Assembly: GCA_965649765.1 (NCBI GenBank)
Contig: OZ287748.1
Location: forward strand, 83,824,001 to 83,888,000
Direction of reading: 5' to 3'
DNA: 64,000 nt
Origin: Bispira polyomma
Taxonomy: Eukaryota
Made by a program: the position numbers and the translations under genes. Positions 24,570 to 37,000 of the stretch are shown here, in pieces (within the stretch, counting starts at the first letter, position 1; every line of letters begins with the position of its first letter). The notes below the pieces were generated by a model. It saw only the letters and a program-made list of their open reading frames with translations, ran no database searches and was not told the origin of the DNA.

Positions 24570-25790
24570 ATGGCTAGTGCTAAAGAGTTTGTACAGTTAC
24601 CATCTATTGAGGTTCTGGAAACTTTTAAAAAAGATGTTTTAATGCAGATAGCGCAAGAATTACAGTCAGAGGTGAATAGGTCAACACGCAAACATGAACT
24701 TAAAAGGCTTATTGTTGAACAGTTAGTTGATGAAGATCTTTTGCATGATAGTTGTTTAGAAGTGTATAAACCTCTGCCAATGGAACCTTCTGGGCAATTT
24801 GAGATCAGGCGATTAGAAATTAAAAGAGAGCTAAAACTTAAAGAGCTTGAGGCGCGAAAAGAAGAGCTTGAGGCTCAAAGGCGAAAAGAAGAGCTTGAGG
24901 CTCAAAGGCAAAAAGAAGAGCTTGAGCTTGAGGCTCAAAGGCGAAAAGAAGAGCTCGAAGCTCAAAAATTTGAAACAGAGCTTGAGCTTACACATGAAAG
25001 GGAAACGAAGGCTTTAGAACTCAATGCTCGCCGAGTTGCCCATGAAGAGTCCATGGCAACCAAATTTGAGTTGGGTATAAATATGCGACTGGTACCACCT
25101 TTCAACGAGTCTGAAGTTGATAAATATTTTCAACACTTTGAACGAGTGGCTCAAAATTTGAAATGGCCCACAAACCAGTGGCCTTTATTGCTGCAAAGTG
25201 TTTTCAAAGGCAAAGCCCAAGAGGCATATACAGCTTTGCCAATTTCTGAATGTAGAGATTATGACTGTGTGAAAAATGCTATCTTGAAAGCATATGAGTT
25301 GGTACCAGAAGCATATCATCAAAAATTCAGAAATTATTGTAAGCAAGAAAATCAAACTTATGTTGAATTTGCCCATGAAAAAGAAGTGTACTTTGACAGA
25401 TGGTGTAATTCTAGAGAAGTTGGTACAGACTTTGAAAAGCTTAGGCAAGTCATTTTAATTGAGGAGTTTAAAAGGGGTGTTTGTGATGACATTAAAACCT
25501 ATCTGGATGAACAGAAAGTAGAAAATTTGCAAAAAGCAGCAGCTTATGCTGATGATTATGCGCTGACTCACAAATCCACTTTTAACAAGAGTAAATCCTC
25601 TGGTCCCACAAAGAAGTTTTATCCTGAAGTAGGAAAGAAATTAGAAAATGTAGCTCCAGAAAAGAGTTCTTATAAGTTTCAAACAACAAATCAGACAATG
25701 AGTAAGGATAGGAAACCTAGGTCCTTTGCTCCTGTGTGCCATTACTGTAAAAAGACCTGGGCATGTTATGTCTGACTGTTGGCTCTTAAA
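24570..25790 (+). pseudogene. gag: Gag: coiled-coil repeats, capsid/SCAN-like region, CCHC knuckle broken by a +1 frameshift at ~25750
   Basis: MASAKEF...; VPPFNESEVDKYFQHFERVA and YELVPEAYHQKFR motifs; CHYCK in one frame and PGHVMSDC in the next. Confidence 0.9.
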
Positions 25791-28700
25791 GAAAAGGAGA
25801 GAAAAGGAGGCAACACCTAATGCCTTTATTTCTAGAAAATCTAATTGGCGTTCAAATCTCAATAGAGCAGAATCTAGTATTGGTTTAGACAAGTCTGAGA
25901 TTAGGGATGAGTTCAAACCTTTTGTGTCTGAGGGTTTTGTATCCTTAGATAGTAGTTCCAGTCAAGTTCCCATTAGGATACTAAGAGACACTGGGGTTGC
26001 TCAGTCACTACTTTTAGAAGGTGTATTGCCATTGAGTGTAAGCACTTCTACTGGTGAGAGTGTTATTGCTCAAGGTATTGAAGGAGGTTGTGTAAACATT
26101 CCCTTACATAAGGTCAACTTAGTATCAGACTTAGTTACTGGTTCTGTTGTGGTGGGTACCAGGCCCACTTTACCCATTAAAGGGGTGTCTTTGCTGTTGG
26201 GAAATGATTTGGCAGGTGGCAAGGTGGTTGCTGATCCTAAGGTTACTTCTAAGCCGATCACTTTGGTTAGCACTGAGAAATTAGAAGAGGTTATTCCTGG
26301 TATTTTTCCCTCCTGTGCTGTGACTCGAGCTATGGCTAAAAAAGCCCAAGAAGAACCAAAAGATTGTAAACAATCTACAGATGTGTTAGTTGATTTATCA
26401 GATACATTCCTAAACAACTGTGACCATGATGTGAAAAATAATACTGATACTGACCCTAAAGGTAGGGAAGATTCTGAGAAACAAGACCAATTTGATGATC
26501 CAGATGTATCACTCTCAAAATTGATTGTAGAGCAGGAAAATGACCCTGAATTAGCCCTTCTATTCAAATTGGTGTTACCACCAGTAGAGCTAGATAAGGT
26601 CCCAGTAGGCTATTATATCAGAAATGGTGTGCTTATGCGAAAGTGGAGACCGCCAAGCGTCCCTACATCTGACAACTGGTCAATAATTCATCAGATTGTA
26701 TTACCAAAAATGTACCAAAATGATATATTGAGGTTAGCTCATGAGTCTCCAATGGGTGGCCATCTAGGCATCAATAAAACCTATGGCAAAATAACCAAGC
26801 ATTTCTACTGGCCTCAGATCAGGCGCTGTGTGGCAGAATTTTGTAAAACATGTCACATTTGTCAAGTTGTAGGAAAACCAAACCAAAAGATTCCTGTAGC
26901 TCCTCTAAAACCCATTCCAGCATTTGAGGAACCATTCAGCAAGGTGATAATTGATTGTGTAGGCCCCTTACTAAAGACTAAATCCAGAAACCAATATCTC
27001 TTAACCATTATGTGTGCCTCAACCAGATTCCCTGAAGCCATACCTTTGACCAACATAACAGCTCCGAAAATCTCAAAAGCTTTAGTCAATTTCTTTACCG
27101 AAGGAGATCCAGTCAGATCAAGGGTCAAATTTTATGTCAGGATTATTTCAGCAAGTCGTGTTTCAGTTAGGTGCCAAACAGATCAAATCTAGTGCTTATC
27201 ACCCAGAATCACAAGGTGCCCTTGAAAGGTTCCATTCCACTTTAAAAAATATGATTAGGACATATTGCTTAGACAATGAGAAAGATTGGGATGAAGGCAT
27301 CAACTTATTATTGTTTGCAGTTAGGGAATCAGTGCAAGAGTCTTTAGGCTTTAGTCCCTTTGAGTTGGTGTTTGGTCATTCAGTCCGTGGTCCTCTTAAG
27401 TTGTTGCAAGAAAATTGGTTATCTGAGAACTCTGAGAGCCTAAACCTGTTAGATTATGTTTTAAAGTTTAGGAGTAGGCTGAAAAAGGCTTGTGAGCTAG
27501 CGCAACAAAATTTGAAACATTCTCAGTCAAAAATGAAAATGCTTTATGATAGAAAGTCGCAAAACCGTGTTTTTAAACCGGGAGACAAGGTTTTAGTGCA
27601 ATTACCTGTCCAGGGGAACACGTTACAGGCCAGATATCATGGGCCATACAAAGTGTTAAAGAGAGCAGGTGATCTGGATTATGTCATTGAAATCCCGGAC
27701 AGAAGGAAGTTAACCCAACTGTGTCATGTAAATATGGTAAAATCATACTTTGAAAGGGGTGTGACAAAGCCTGTCATGGCTACTTACTGTAATGTGGAAA
27801 ATGACAACAATCAGGAGCATGAAGCATGGGGTGACACTCCTGACGTTGAAGTTAAATGTAAAATCAGGTTGAGTAATTCAGAGATTCTTGCTGATTTGGA
27901 AACCAAACTGAATGTACCTCCAGATAAGAGGATCCCACTTAGTAAGTTACTCTTGAAGTATAAGTCAGTATTTCCTGATGCCCCTAACAGGACCAATGTA
28001 CTCATGCATGATGTTGATGTTGGCAATGCCATTGCGGTCAAACAGCACCCATATCGTGTAAACCCGATTAAACTTGAAAAATTAAGACAAGAAGTGCAAT
28101 ACATGTTGGACAAAGATATAATTGAACCAAGTCAAAGTAGTTGGGCATCTCCTTGTGTTTTGGTCCCAAAGCCTGATGGTTCTATCAGATATTGCACAGA
28201 CTATAGAAAGGTTAATGTTTTGAGTAAAACCGATTCATTTCCTATCCCAAGAATGGAAGACTGTATTGATCGGATTGGTAAAGCCAAATTTATCACATAG
28301 TGTGACTTATTGAAATTTTACTGGTGTGTACCTCTTACCGAACGGGCAAAAGAAATATCAGCATTTGTAACTCCCGATGGTCTGTATCAGTACAAAGTAA
28401 TGCCATTTGGCATGAAAAATTCCCAAGCTACATTTCAGAGACTTATGAATATATGTCTAAAGAACTTAGAAAGGGTTGAAGTGTATGTGGATGATATTGT
28501 CATCTTTAGTGATACTAGGGATGAACATTTGAAAAGACTTGAACAAGTTCTGTTTCGGCTTAAGCAAGACAACCTTACTGTGAATCTATCGAAAAGTGAT
28601 TTTGTAAAAGCAAAGGTTGTTTACTTAGGGCATGTAGTGGATCATGGAGTTCTAACACCAATTAAAGCAAAAGTTGAAAGCATTATTGACTACCCTATTC

Positions 28701-29285
28701 CTAAAAATAAGAAAAGTTTAATGAGATTCCTGGGAATGTCAGGTTATTATAGAAAATTTTGTAAAAATTTCTCAGATATCACTGACTTAGCTCTTTAAAA
28801 AAAACGTAAAATATCACTGGTCTGAAGCTTGTCAAAAAGCATTTGACAAAGTAAAAAATGTTCTTTGTTCGGAGCCTGTACTAACTGCTCCAGACTTCAG
28901 TAGGCCATTCCGGCTAGCTGTGGATGCCAGTGATGTTGGGGCAGGTGCAGTTTTACTGCAGACTGATGATGAAGATATCGAACAACCCATTTGTTATTTT
29001 TCAAAAAAATTTAACGTACATCAAAAGAATTACTGTACAATAGAAAAGGAATGTTTAGCCCTCATTTTAACCATTAAACACTTTGATATTTATATATCTT
29101 CATCATCAAAACCAACTATTGTGTACACAGATCACAACCCTTTAGTGTTCTTGCACAAAATGAAAAACAAAAACAGACGTTTATTGAAATGGAGTTTGGT
29201 TTTGCAAGAATACAGTTTACAAATAGAGCATGTTAAAGGAAAGGATAAGATTTGTGCTGATGCTCTATCCAGAAGTTGTAGTTAA
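25750..29285 (+). pseudogene. pol: Pol with PR-IN-RT-RNaseH order, disrupted
   Basis: PR LRDTG; IN HHCC (AHESPMGGHLG..CHICQ) and core IIDCVGP / SDQGSNF / YHPESQGALERFH; RT RYCTDYR, MPFGMKNS, YVDD; RH DASDVGAGAVL, TDHNPL, ADALSR. Lesions at ~27097 (deletion), 28298 (TAG) and ~28790. Confidence 0.95.
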
Positions 29286-29472
29286 AGGTCATTTTGTATG
29301 TTAGTAACTGAAAAGTAAAGTTGTATAACTTAGATGTTTACTTATGGATATTACTTGTGTAACTTAAAATACAATGATCCATAAAGTGTTATTAGATATG
29401 TACACTGTATATTCACTTATGTTTTGTGTAATATGAAATTTTGTAACCCCTTGGCTTCCAAAATTTTTCTTT

Positions 29473-29484
29473 AAGGGGGGGAGG
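29473..29484 (+). promoter_or_regulatory. Polypurine tract
   Basis: AAGGGGGGGAGG directly before the 3' LTR. Confidence 0.9.
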
Positions 29485-30259
29485 TGTTACATATAAGGAC
29501 ATTGTGGTATGTTAAAGCACTCTGCTAGAGTGATCTATTTATAGATTTGGGGAAACCCCTAAGCTTGTAGAAGCTGTTTCTATTTTGTTTCTGTTATTAA
29601 AGTTGTGTTCATATGTATATCTCATCTCTGGAATGTTCTAGTGATTGCTTACATATTCTAGAGCCTTCTCTAGCAGTTGTATATATAAGGGTTGACAGCC
29701 TGGCCACAGACCAGAGTTAATTGAGTTGGGGTGCTATATGAACTGCTATACTGTGAAACATGTTATTTCTTTTCCTGTGGATATAAACTGATTACTACAT
29801 ATGTTTTGGTGGTGAACTCATTGGAGTGAACTAGATAAAAGTTGTGGATTTAAGAGATTGGATTTACTGCATATTGGATATTTTTGCATCCTGGACTGGA
29901 TAGCTTAATTGTGCAGACTCTCTGGATATATACATTTTGTGTTCGTGGACACTGAACGGATAACAGGATACAGGCATAGTGTGGACATTGAGCGGATCTC
30001 AAGACAGATTGCTGGATACAGTGGACAAACTTGTTTAATTGTTATTTATGTGGACAGGACTGTGGTCAGGTCAGATTGGTTTCATTATTGTATTATTGTG
30101 TGAACTATTAAGGGTATCTCAGTTGACTGTAATTCTGTAATTCTGTAATTGTTATTTTATTTGTTAAATAAATTTGTTAAGTGAAACTTTTTGTCTTTTC
30201 CTGTTACAACCTCAAAGCAACCGGTAATTGCTACCGCGCTTGCTCCCGTGACCGTAACA
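29485..30259 (+). repeat. 3' LTR (775 bp)
   Basis: Direct repeat of 23687-24455. Confidence 0.97.
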
Positions 30260-30696
30260 ATAGTGACACATATCACCAATGGAGCACATAGTGCTTCATA
30301 AGCACAGGTCATGTGGATTGGCTGCAATGTTAAGTCAAGCTTAAAATTTTAAGTCTCATTTACTGTTTGTAAAATGGTAATAAAATAAAATTATGTGAAG
30401 TTGTCATTTGTGCAGGTGGCAGTAAAATAACAATCCCTCTCTCTCAGTACACCTACCACATGCTTGTGTAACCCTCCGGTTCCTCTACCGTTGCAGTTAT
30501 AAATACAATCAATCAATCCGTATGTTAGTGGATTCTAAGACACGCCATCAAAATCACTAACCATATGACAACATGCTAAACCACCAGGGAAACATTGTTG
30601 CAACCAAGAAGACTGTAAGTGATTGGTAGCAAAGTCTTGGGGGCCAAGGCTTTGTCAAACAAGTATAAATTTAAAACATGACAAACCTCTTCCAAC

Positions 30697-31781
30697 TAGA
30701 CCTTGGATTTCCATATGACAGTTATGTGATAAGAAGTAGCAGCTCTGACTACTGTAACTATCTGTTCTATAAGGTAGACCTTGGATTTCTGTATAGAAGT
30801 TACACGATAAGGACTTATAAGTAGCAGATCTGACTAGTGTAACTATCTGTTCTATGAGGTCGATCTTGAATTTCTGTATAGAAGGTACACGATAAGGACT
30901 TATAAGTAGCAGATCTGACTAGTGTAACTATCTGTTCTATAAGGTAGACCTTGAATTTCTGTATAGAAGGTACACGATAAGGACTTATTAATAGCAGATT
31001 TGACTAGTGTAACTATCTGTTCTATAAGGTAGACCTTGAATTTCTGTATAGAAGGTACATGATAAGGACTTATAAGTAGCAGATCTGACTACTGTAACTA
31101 TCTGTTCTATAAGGTAGACCTTAGAATTCTGTATAGAAGGTACACGATAAGGACTTATAAGTAGCAGATCTGACTACTGTAAGTATCTGTTCTATAAGGT
31201 AGACCTTGAATTTTTCTACAGAATGTACAAGATAAGGACTTATTAATAGCAGATCTGACCACTGTAACTATCTGTTCTATGAACTAGACCTTGGATGTCT
31301 GTACAAAAGGTACAAGTTAAGGACTTATTAATAGCAGATTTGACTACTGTAACTATCTGTTCTATGAACCAGACCTTGGATTTCTGTGTAGAAGGTACAA
31401 GATAAGGACTTATTAATAGCAGATCTGACTACTGTAACTATCTGTTCTATGAACTAGACCTTGGATTTCTGTATAGAAGGTACATGATAATAACTTATTA
31501 ATAGCAGACTACTGTAACTATCTGTTCTATAAGATAGACCTTGAATTTCTGTATAGAAGGTACATGATAGGGACTTACAAGTAGCAGATGTGACTACTGT
31601 ATCTATTTGTTGTTTTAGTTAGACCATGAATATTTCTACAAAATGTACATGATAAGGACTTATAAGTAGCAGATGTGACCACTGTAAGTATCTGTTGTTT
31701 TAGGTAGACCTTGGATTTCTGTATAGAAGGTACGTAATAAGGATTTATAAGTAGCAGATGTGGCAACTCTGTTCTATAACC
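30697..31781 (+). repeat. 85-bp tandem array, ~13 units
   Basis: Unit starts at 30781, 30866, 30951, 31036, 31121, 31206, 31291, 31376, 31461... Confidence 0.95.
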
Positions 31782-33802
31782 TATTTGCTTAAAACCTCAG
31801 TAAGTTAAAATGTGTTCGACCATTCCTAACTTTTGTCACAAAGGGTCATAACACAGCATGCATATCGCCCCACCCTTGTCATAAATTTAGAATATTGCAG
31901 TAAGGTGAGGGCAACCAGCTGTAGTCTGAAATTCATGTTGCTTGACTTTGAATATGTTCAACTGGTACAATAAAAGTGTCAACCTTTACACAAGAAACAA
32001 ACACAAAGCTCTATTTTATTTTAATTTGTTTCTGTGATGAATTTCTGGTGAAATTCGTTCATTTGACCATATTGTCTCTGGAAAATTAAACACTGATCTA
32101 AACAGTCTTCCTTTTCCTCCATAGTCACACGAATCCACTAATTGGCTCGTATTAGGGTCATGATTACTGGTTTATCCATTTTAATGTTCTTCATAAGATC
32201 CCTGGCATGAAAAGGCGCATTAAAAATCTACAATATATTCCAATAAAATACAATTTATGAGCCAGAAATGATAGTTTGTGAGAATGAAAGAAATGTTCCT
32301 AACAACCATTCCTTTAAACTATAGTTCTTTTCCAGCAGTAAAAAAAAACAGAATTACAAAACGTTAGCTCTCTTTGGAAGCCCTCTCCTTTTGATGCAGA
32401 AAAAATCTCTGCGCAGAATCTTAAGTAACTGGTAACATCCGGTGACTGACAGCCGAAGCCTTATGATGTCATCACTGGACTTCTTTGTCTAGTACTTTTT
32501 TTTATAAACTATGGATTAAATTTTCAGGGTGTTTTAAATGCGGAGGGAGTCAAGATGTACAATTACTAAAGCAAATTTTGCAAATAGACCACCAGCATCT
32601 TAACGGTTTGTTTTTGTCACTTTATGACTAAAGGCAGTTGGCTTACACCCAAATCAGCTCTTTTATGGCTTGCAGTCGAGTTTTTAACTATCTGCATATA
32701 AAGAAACCATATTAATTTTGAATGGCTGCTGTAATTAACAAGATAGTTTTAAGTGGAACAATTGTCCACTACGTCCACTTGGGAAAGTATTGTCTTTATT
32801 TTTTGTGTTATTTGCTATGGGTCAGTGGTGAATCCCACACATACAGAGATTACTGTTTACTATAGACATCTTCTACTAATGATATGATGTTGACCATACA
32901 TAAACTCAATTCTTTTTTAACACCAGCCAACTAGCTACAATTTTTGCAGTTCACTTTCATGATCTCCCTATTTGGGTAGATGTTGTTAAAGTGTTAAAAT
33001 TACCTATGGTTTCTAGTGAGGTATTTGTATGTGTCATCATGTATAAGCAAACCATTGGCAAAGTTAAGAATAAATAAACTTTCTGGCAGTTCACATTATG
33101 TTAAATAGACATCATCAGTTTTTGTGGAATGTATCTGGCATGTTATTCAGAATCTACTGTGAATAATTTTTTTCTCTGAATAAGTAAAACAGATGTCACT
33201 GACCAGTGTATAAAGAACTATCTAAAGTTATAATTGCAATGTGGATATTGAGACACTTTTTAGCTCCTAAGAACACTCAACTTTGTGAATATGCCGGAAT
33301 GGTGTACATGGAGCAATCACACTGCATAATATACTGCTTCTGATTTTCCTAAGAGTTATAATTTTAGGTTATGTAATAATTCTGAATATGGAATTTAACA
33401 AATGTTTGTGGGGGATGCTTTGTTTGTGATGGGCTAGGCATGTTTTAAAGCATAAATTGTAACCTAGCGAATACACAGTTAAGTAGTTGTCATCAGTTGG
33501 CAATGGCTGTATCTTGTTTAAGGATGTTATGACCTTCTCATTACCAGACCAACTCTCTGGTCGTGTAAGTTCGTTAAAACCATTGGAAATAAAATGTTAT
33601 GAAAAATATCACAAGTCAGCCATAATATTCCAGTCAGAGATTGTTAGAGTTTATCTGGCACTTAAATTCTGCTCCATGCAGCTTATCAAGTTAATAAAAA
33701 TAGCAAAGTAAGAATCAATGGGGCCACTAAATGCAATAAATAACCTTTGTTGAATTATAATAAATCCCATATGTCTGTTGTATTGTTTTTTGTGGGTCAC
33801 TT

Positions 33803-34053
33803 GGGGCCGCAGTGGCCTAGTGGTTAGCCTTTACAATCACTGGTCTCTCACCTCTGGGCGGCGTGAGTTCGAATCACGTCAATGCCTATGTGGGAAAGGT
33901 GGTAGTTCCTTCCTGTGGGCCGCTGGTTTCAGTGCAGAACCTTGATCAACTGTATGCAGTGTTTCCTCCAGCGTTTCTAACTACCTGTCCCAATATAACC
34001 TAAACAGGTACTTGAGTGGACGTTAAATATCCAAATTAAAAAAAAAAAAAAAA
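33803..34053 (+). mobile_element. tRNA-derived SINE with poly(A) tail and TSD, copy A only
   Basis: A-box TGGCCTAGTGG, B-box GTTCGAATC, A16 tail, flanks TTGTGGGTCACTT / TTGTGTGTGTCACTT; empty site at ~41915-41930. Confidence 0.92.
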
Positions 34054-37000
34054 TTGTGTGTGTCACTTTTTTTGTTCCAATGTTTACTATTTATAAATTA
34101 AAGGAATACACAATAAATATTTTAAAACCAGATATTAATTTCTTCTATAACTTTACACATTGATAATGTAGTGGGTATTTATTTATTCCTTTATTCCAGT
34201 TAGTTAGTACTTCCTATTGGTAAATGAAAACAAGTCATAAAAGAATAAACATTGATTTCAATACCAAAACGGAATGTATAAGAACATGCTTCATTATGAA
34301 CAAGCCTTATAGCCTTGCTTTTTAAGGCTAATAAGGCCTTGTAAAAACTTGGGTCTGGTTCGGTACCACCTAAGACAATCATATAAACATTTTGCAAAAA
34401 ACTGTGAAACACATATTGTCTATACATACCCCAGCACAGACACTGGCATTTCATACAAACATGTCTAAACTAAAAATGTCTCGAATTTTATCATATGAGG
34501 TGAGACTAAGTGGAAGTTACATTTTGCCCATGTGCATGTCCAGTATTATTACATGGACTAGAATTATAACCGTCAGGAAAATGGTAGAGGCAGTATCATA
34601 TGTAGTTTGAAAGCACCATTCCATCTAATGTGATCATATCATTTGCTTTTTCTTGGATCATATTTGGTCGGATTTGGTGTGCCAGGCCCTTAAGGCTCTA
34701 GTTTTTATATACAAGTATCATAATAAACTCTCAAGATATCCAGTTGTCTGAAAGCATTCACCCAAAAACCATCAATTTAGGATGTCCATAAAAATATCTG
34801 TTCTAAGCAGCCGAATAATTACTTACTTTTGACATGGAATAATCATGTTGCTTATATGGGAAAGTTATGAAAAATTAAAAACATCTAAGGTTTGATTTCT
34901 TTTAGTTTAAGTATTTTGTAACAAAACACTTGAGCCTTTAGCTTGGCTAGATCAGACTTAATGTCTACTCACTACAATACAGAACAATCGGGGTGAATGG
35001 CAGTTAAAATCAAACCAGGCCATTAAGAACAATAGCTGATTGTAAACTCTTCAAAAACAAGACCCATTTACAGGGTAACCCTGGATAACACATGGTTAAG
35101 AGATCTCAAAGTCTGCAGAAGTCTTAGCCCTCTGAGGAAAGGATTTATATGTACTTAATTATGAGCACATTTAGGAATTATTACGTGGTGAGTTGGAATT
35201 ATACAACAGAAAAAAACAACAATATAAAATGAACATTTCCAGTATGAAGATTAACTGTTGGCAGGTCAATAAAGGTATGACAGCAAAATACCGAACTCAG
35301 CACCCACCAATGTTTGTCCTAGAAACTGAAAAGAAGATGTAACTTAAAGCTGATGTCAATAGATTAACTCCAGACATTGTTTATGGCTTATATACAGACA
35401 GTAAATGGGTTTTATTTATAAATTGGAGACCAACAATCGAGTAGCTGACTTATTAGTTATTCATTACCTCAGTCAGGGCCTGACTCATGGACAGCCTTGG
35501 ACTTAAATCCAATATCACAGGGCGACAAGGACAGCTAGATTGTATTTTGTCACCGAGGTAATCCACAAACAGGAAGAGGGTAAACATATTTCTGTTCCTA
35601 ATGTCAAATCAAGTAAACTTATTGGCCTGGACAATTGATCATATTCTCTATTTCAATAACAGTTATAACAGCATAATTTTCTGACAACCTGCAGAGAGAT
35701 TGAATGAATGATTTGACTTTAAAAACAGCTCTTTGCTTGATAAACAAAGCAAATTGTAGTTTTTATGACCATCTTGGTTTAAGTGAGCAATAAGCATTAG
35801 CTTTAAACATGTTTAATATTATTGTTTAACTTGTTCTGTGTCCAGGCATCCTCTGTGGTTCAGATCCTAATTAAGGTTCCACAATAGATAGTCCTACGAC
35901 ATAGCCCTAGTCGTCATCAGTAGACAATGACATATTCACATCTTGCCCAAGGATGCTATTATCCCACAATGAGCAATATGGCATTGCTGGAAGTACCTTC
36001 GTACCTTCAGTACCTTTGTATCAGCAGACCAACTTCTTAAACACTAGGCCAACATATGAGTGTAATATATTTATGAAATCAACAGCTGGACCAAAATCAA
36101 AATAATAAAGAGCAGTTTGCTTTTTCAGTTGGGTAGAAAAACCTGTTAGACCATGCATGTGTTATTCACATAAATGTACAACTCGTACATCTATGCCAAA
36201 AATAGTCCCTTTCATTAGTGGCCCTTAAGATATAGACACGGCCAGATTTTTAAGGTTAAGTCCCAACATCTAAGGTCAAGAGTTGAATTGAGGTCAGACC
36301 AGGAACTTTTCCAATGACAGAGAAGTATGACTTCAGACGATCAACAGTTTTAACTGTCTGAAATGAGTTTTTAAACAATACAATTGTGGTTAATACAACA
36401 AGCACAATGCACTACTTGAAAGTTGGACTTTGGTTTGGTTTTACATCACATTCAACAGCTTAGATCACATCGCAACAGCCAGATTTAAGAGTCAAAGAGA
36501 CCAGTGTTACAGCATTGTGAACCACCGGCATAAGGTAAGTACCTGACAAAACTTCCTGCATTGCTGAGAGGCCACAATTAAAACCACTTGGACACTGCGA
36601 AGACAACAGTAGAAAAGATACAAGGATCTTATCTTTGATATAGTGAGGGATATCAAAAAGAACCCTATGTTTAATTCCCCACTTCCCCCCACCCTCAGTG
36701 TTACAGCACTCTAAACCACCAGCAAACATTCCCACGTCAAATCAATTTTGTTACCAGGGGTAAACTAAGATAGATTTTAAAAATTAACCGGGGTCAATAT
36801 AAAAGGGGGGTAATTTTCTTACGGTTACACCGGGCCTCAAGTGAGTTATTTATAAAGTATCTGTAAAAAAGGAAGCACAACATACTGCAACAAACACACA
36901 TTTGCCAATTTATACTTCATGACACACCTGTAAAAACCATTTCCATAGAAACATCAGGGTCCATCAGGGGTCAGACGTTTACCTCGTCCATACTGCAGCT

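Larger units (their letters stand above)
23687..30259 (+). mobile_element. Full-length Gmr1-like Ty3/Gypsy LTR retrotransposon, inactivated
   Basis: TGTTAC...GTAACA LTRs, ATAG TSD (23683-23686, 30260-30263), PBS, PPT, gag-PR-IN-RT-RH order; empty site in copy B at ~37782-37786. Confidence 0.97.

Noticed and set aside
25185-28113. Minus-strand ORFs over the retroelement
   Set aside because: Antisense shadows of gag-pol
30697-31781. CRISPR-like or ribozyme-bearing array
   Set aside because: Units are contiguous with no unique spacers, there are no cas genes in this eukaryotic context, and no hammerhead CTGATGA...GAAA core on either strand
33487-33711. Short ORFs repeated in both duplicates (33487/41612, 34392/42264, 37063/44839)
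   Set aside because: Explained by the duplication; differences in the 33487/41612 pair are largely non-synonymous, and starts are often non-ATG or not shared
33803-33880. tRNA gene
   Set aside because: A/B boxes present but no full cloverleaf; continues into SINE body with poly(A) and TSD
35890-35930. Minus-strand CTGATGA followed by a stem (hammerhead-like)
   Set aside because: Stem is followed by TAGG rather than GAAA; the sequence lies in a SINE body
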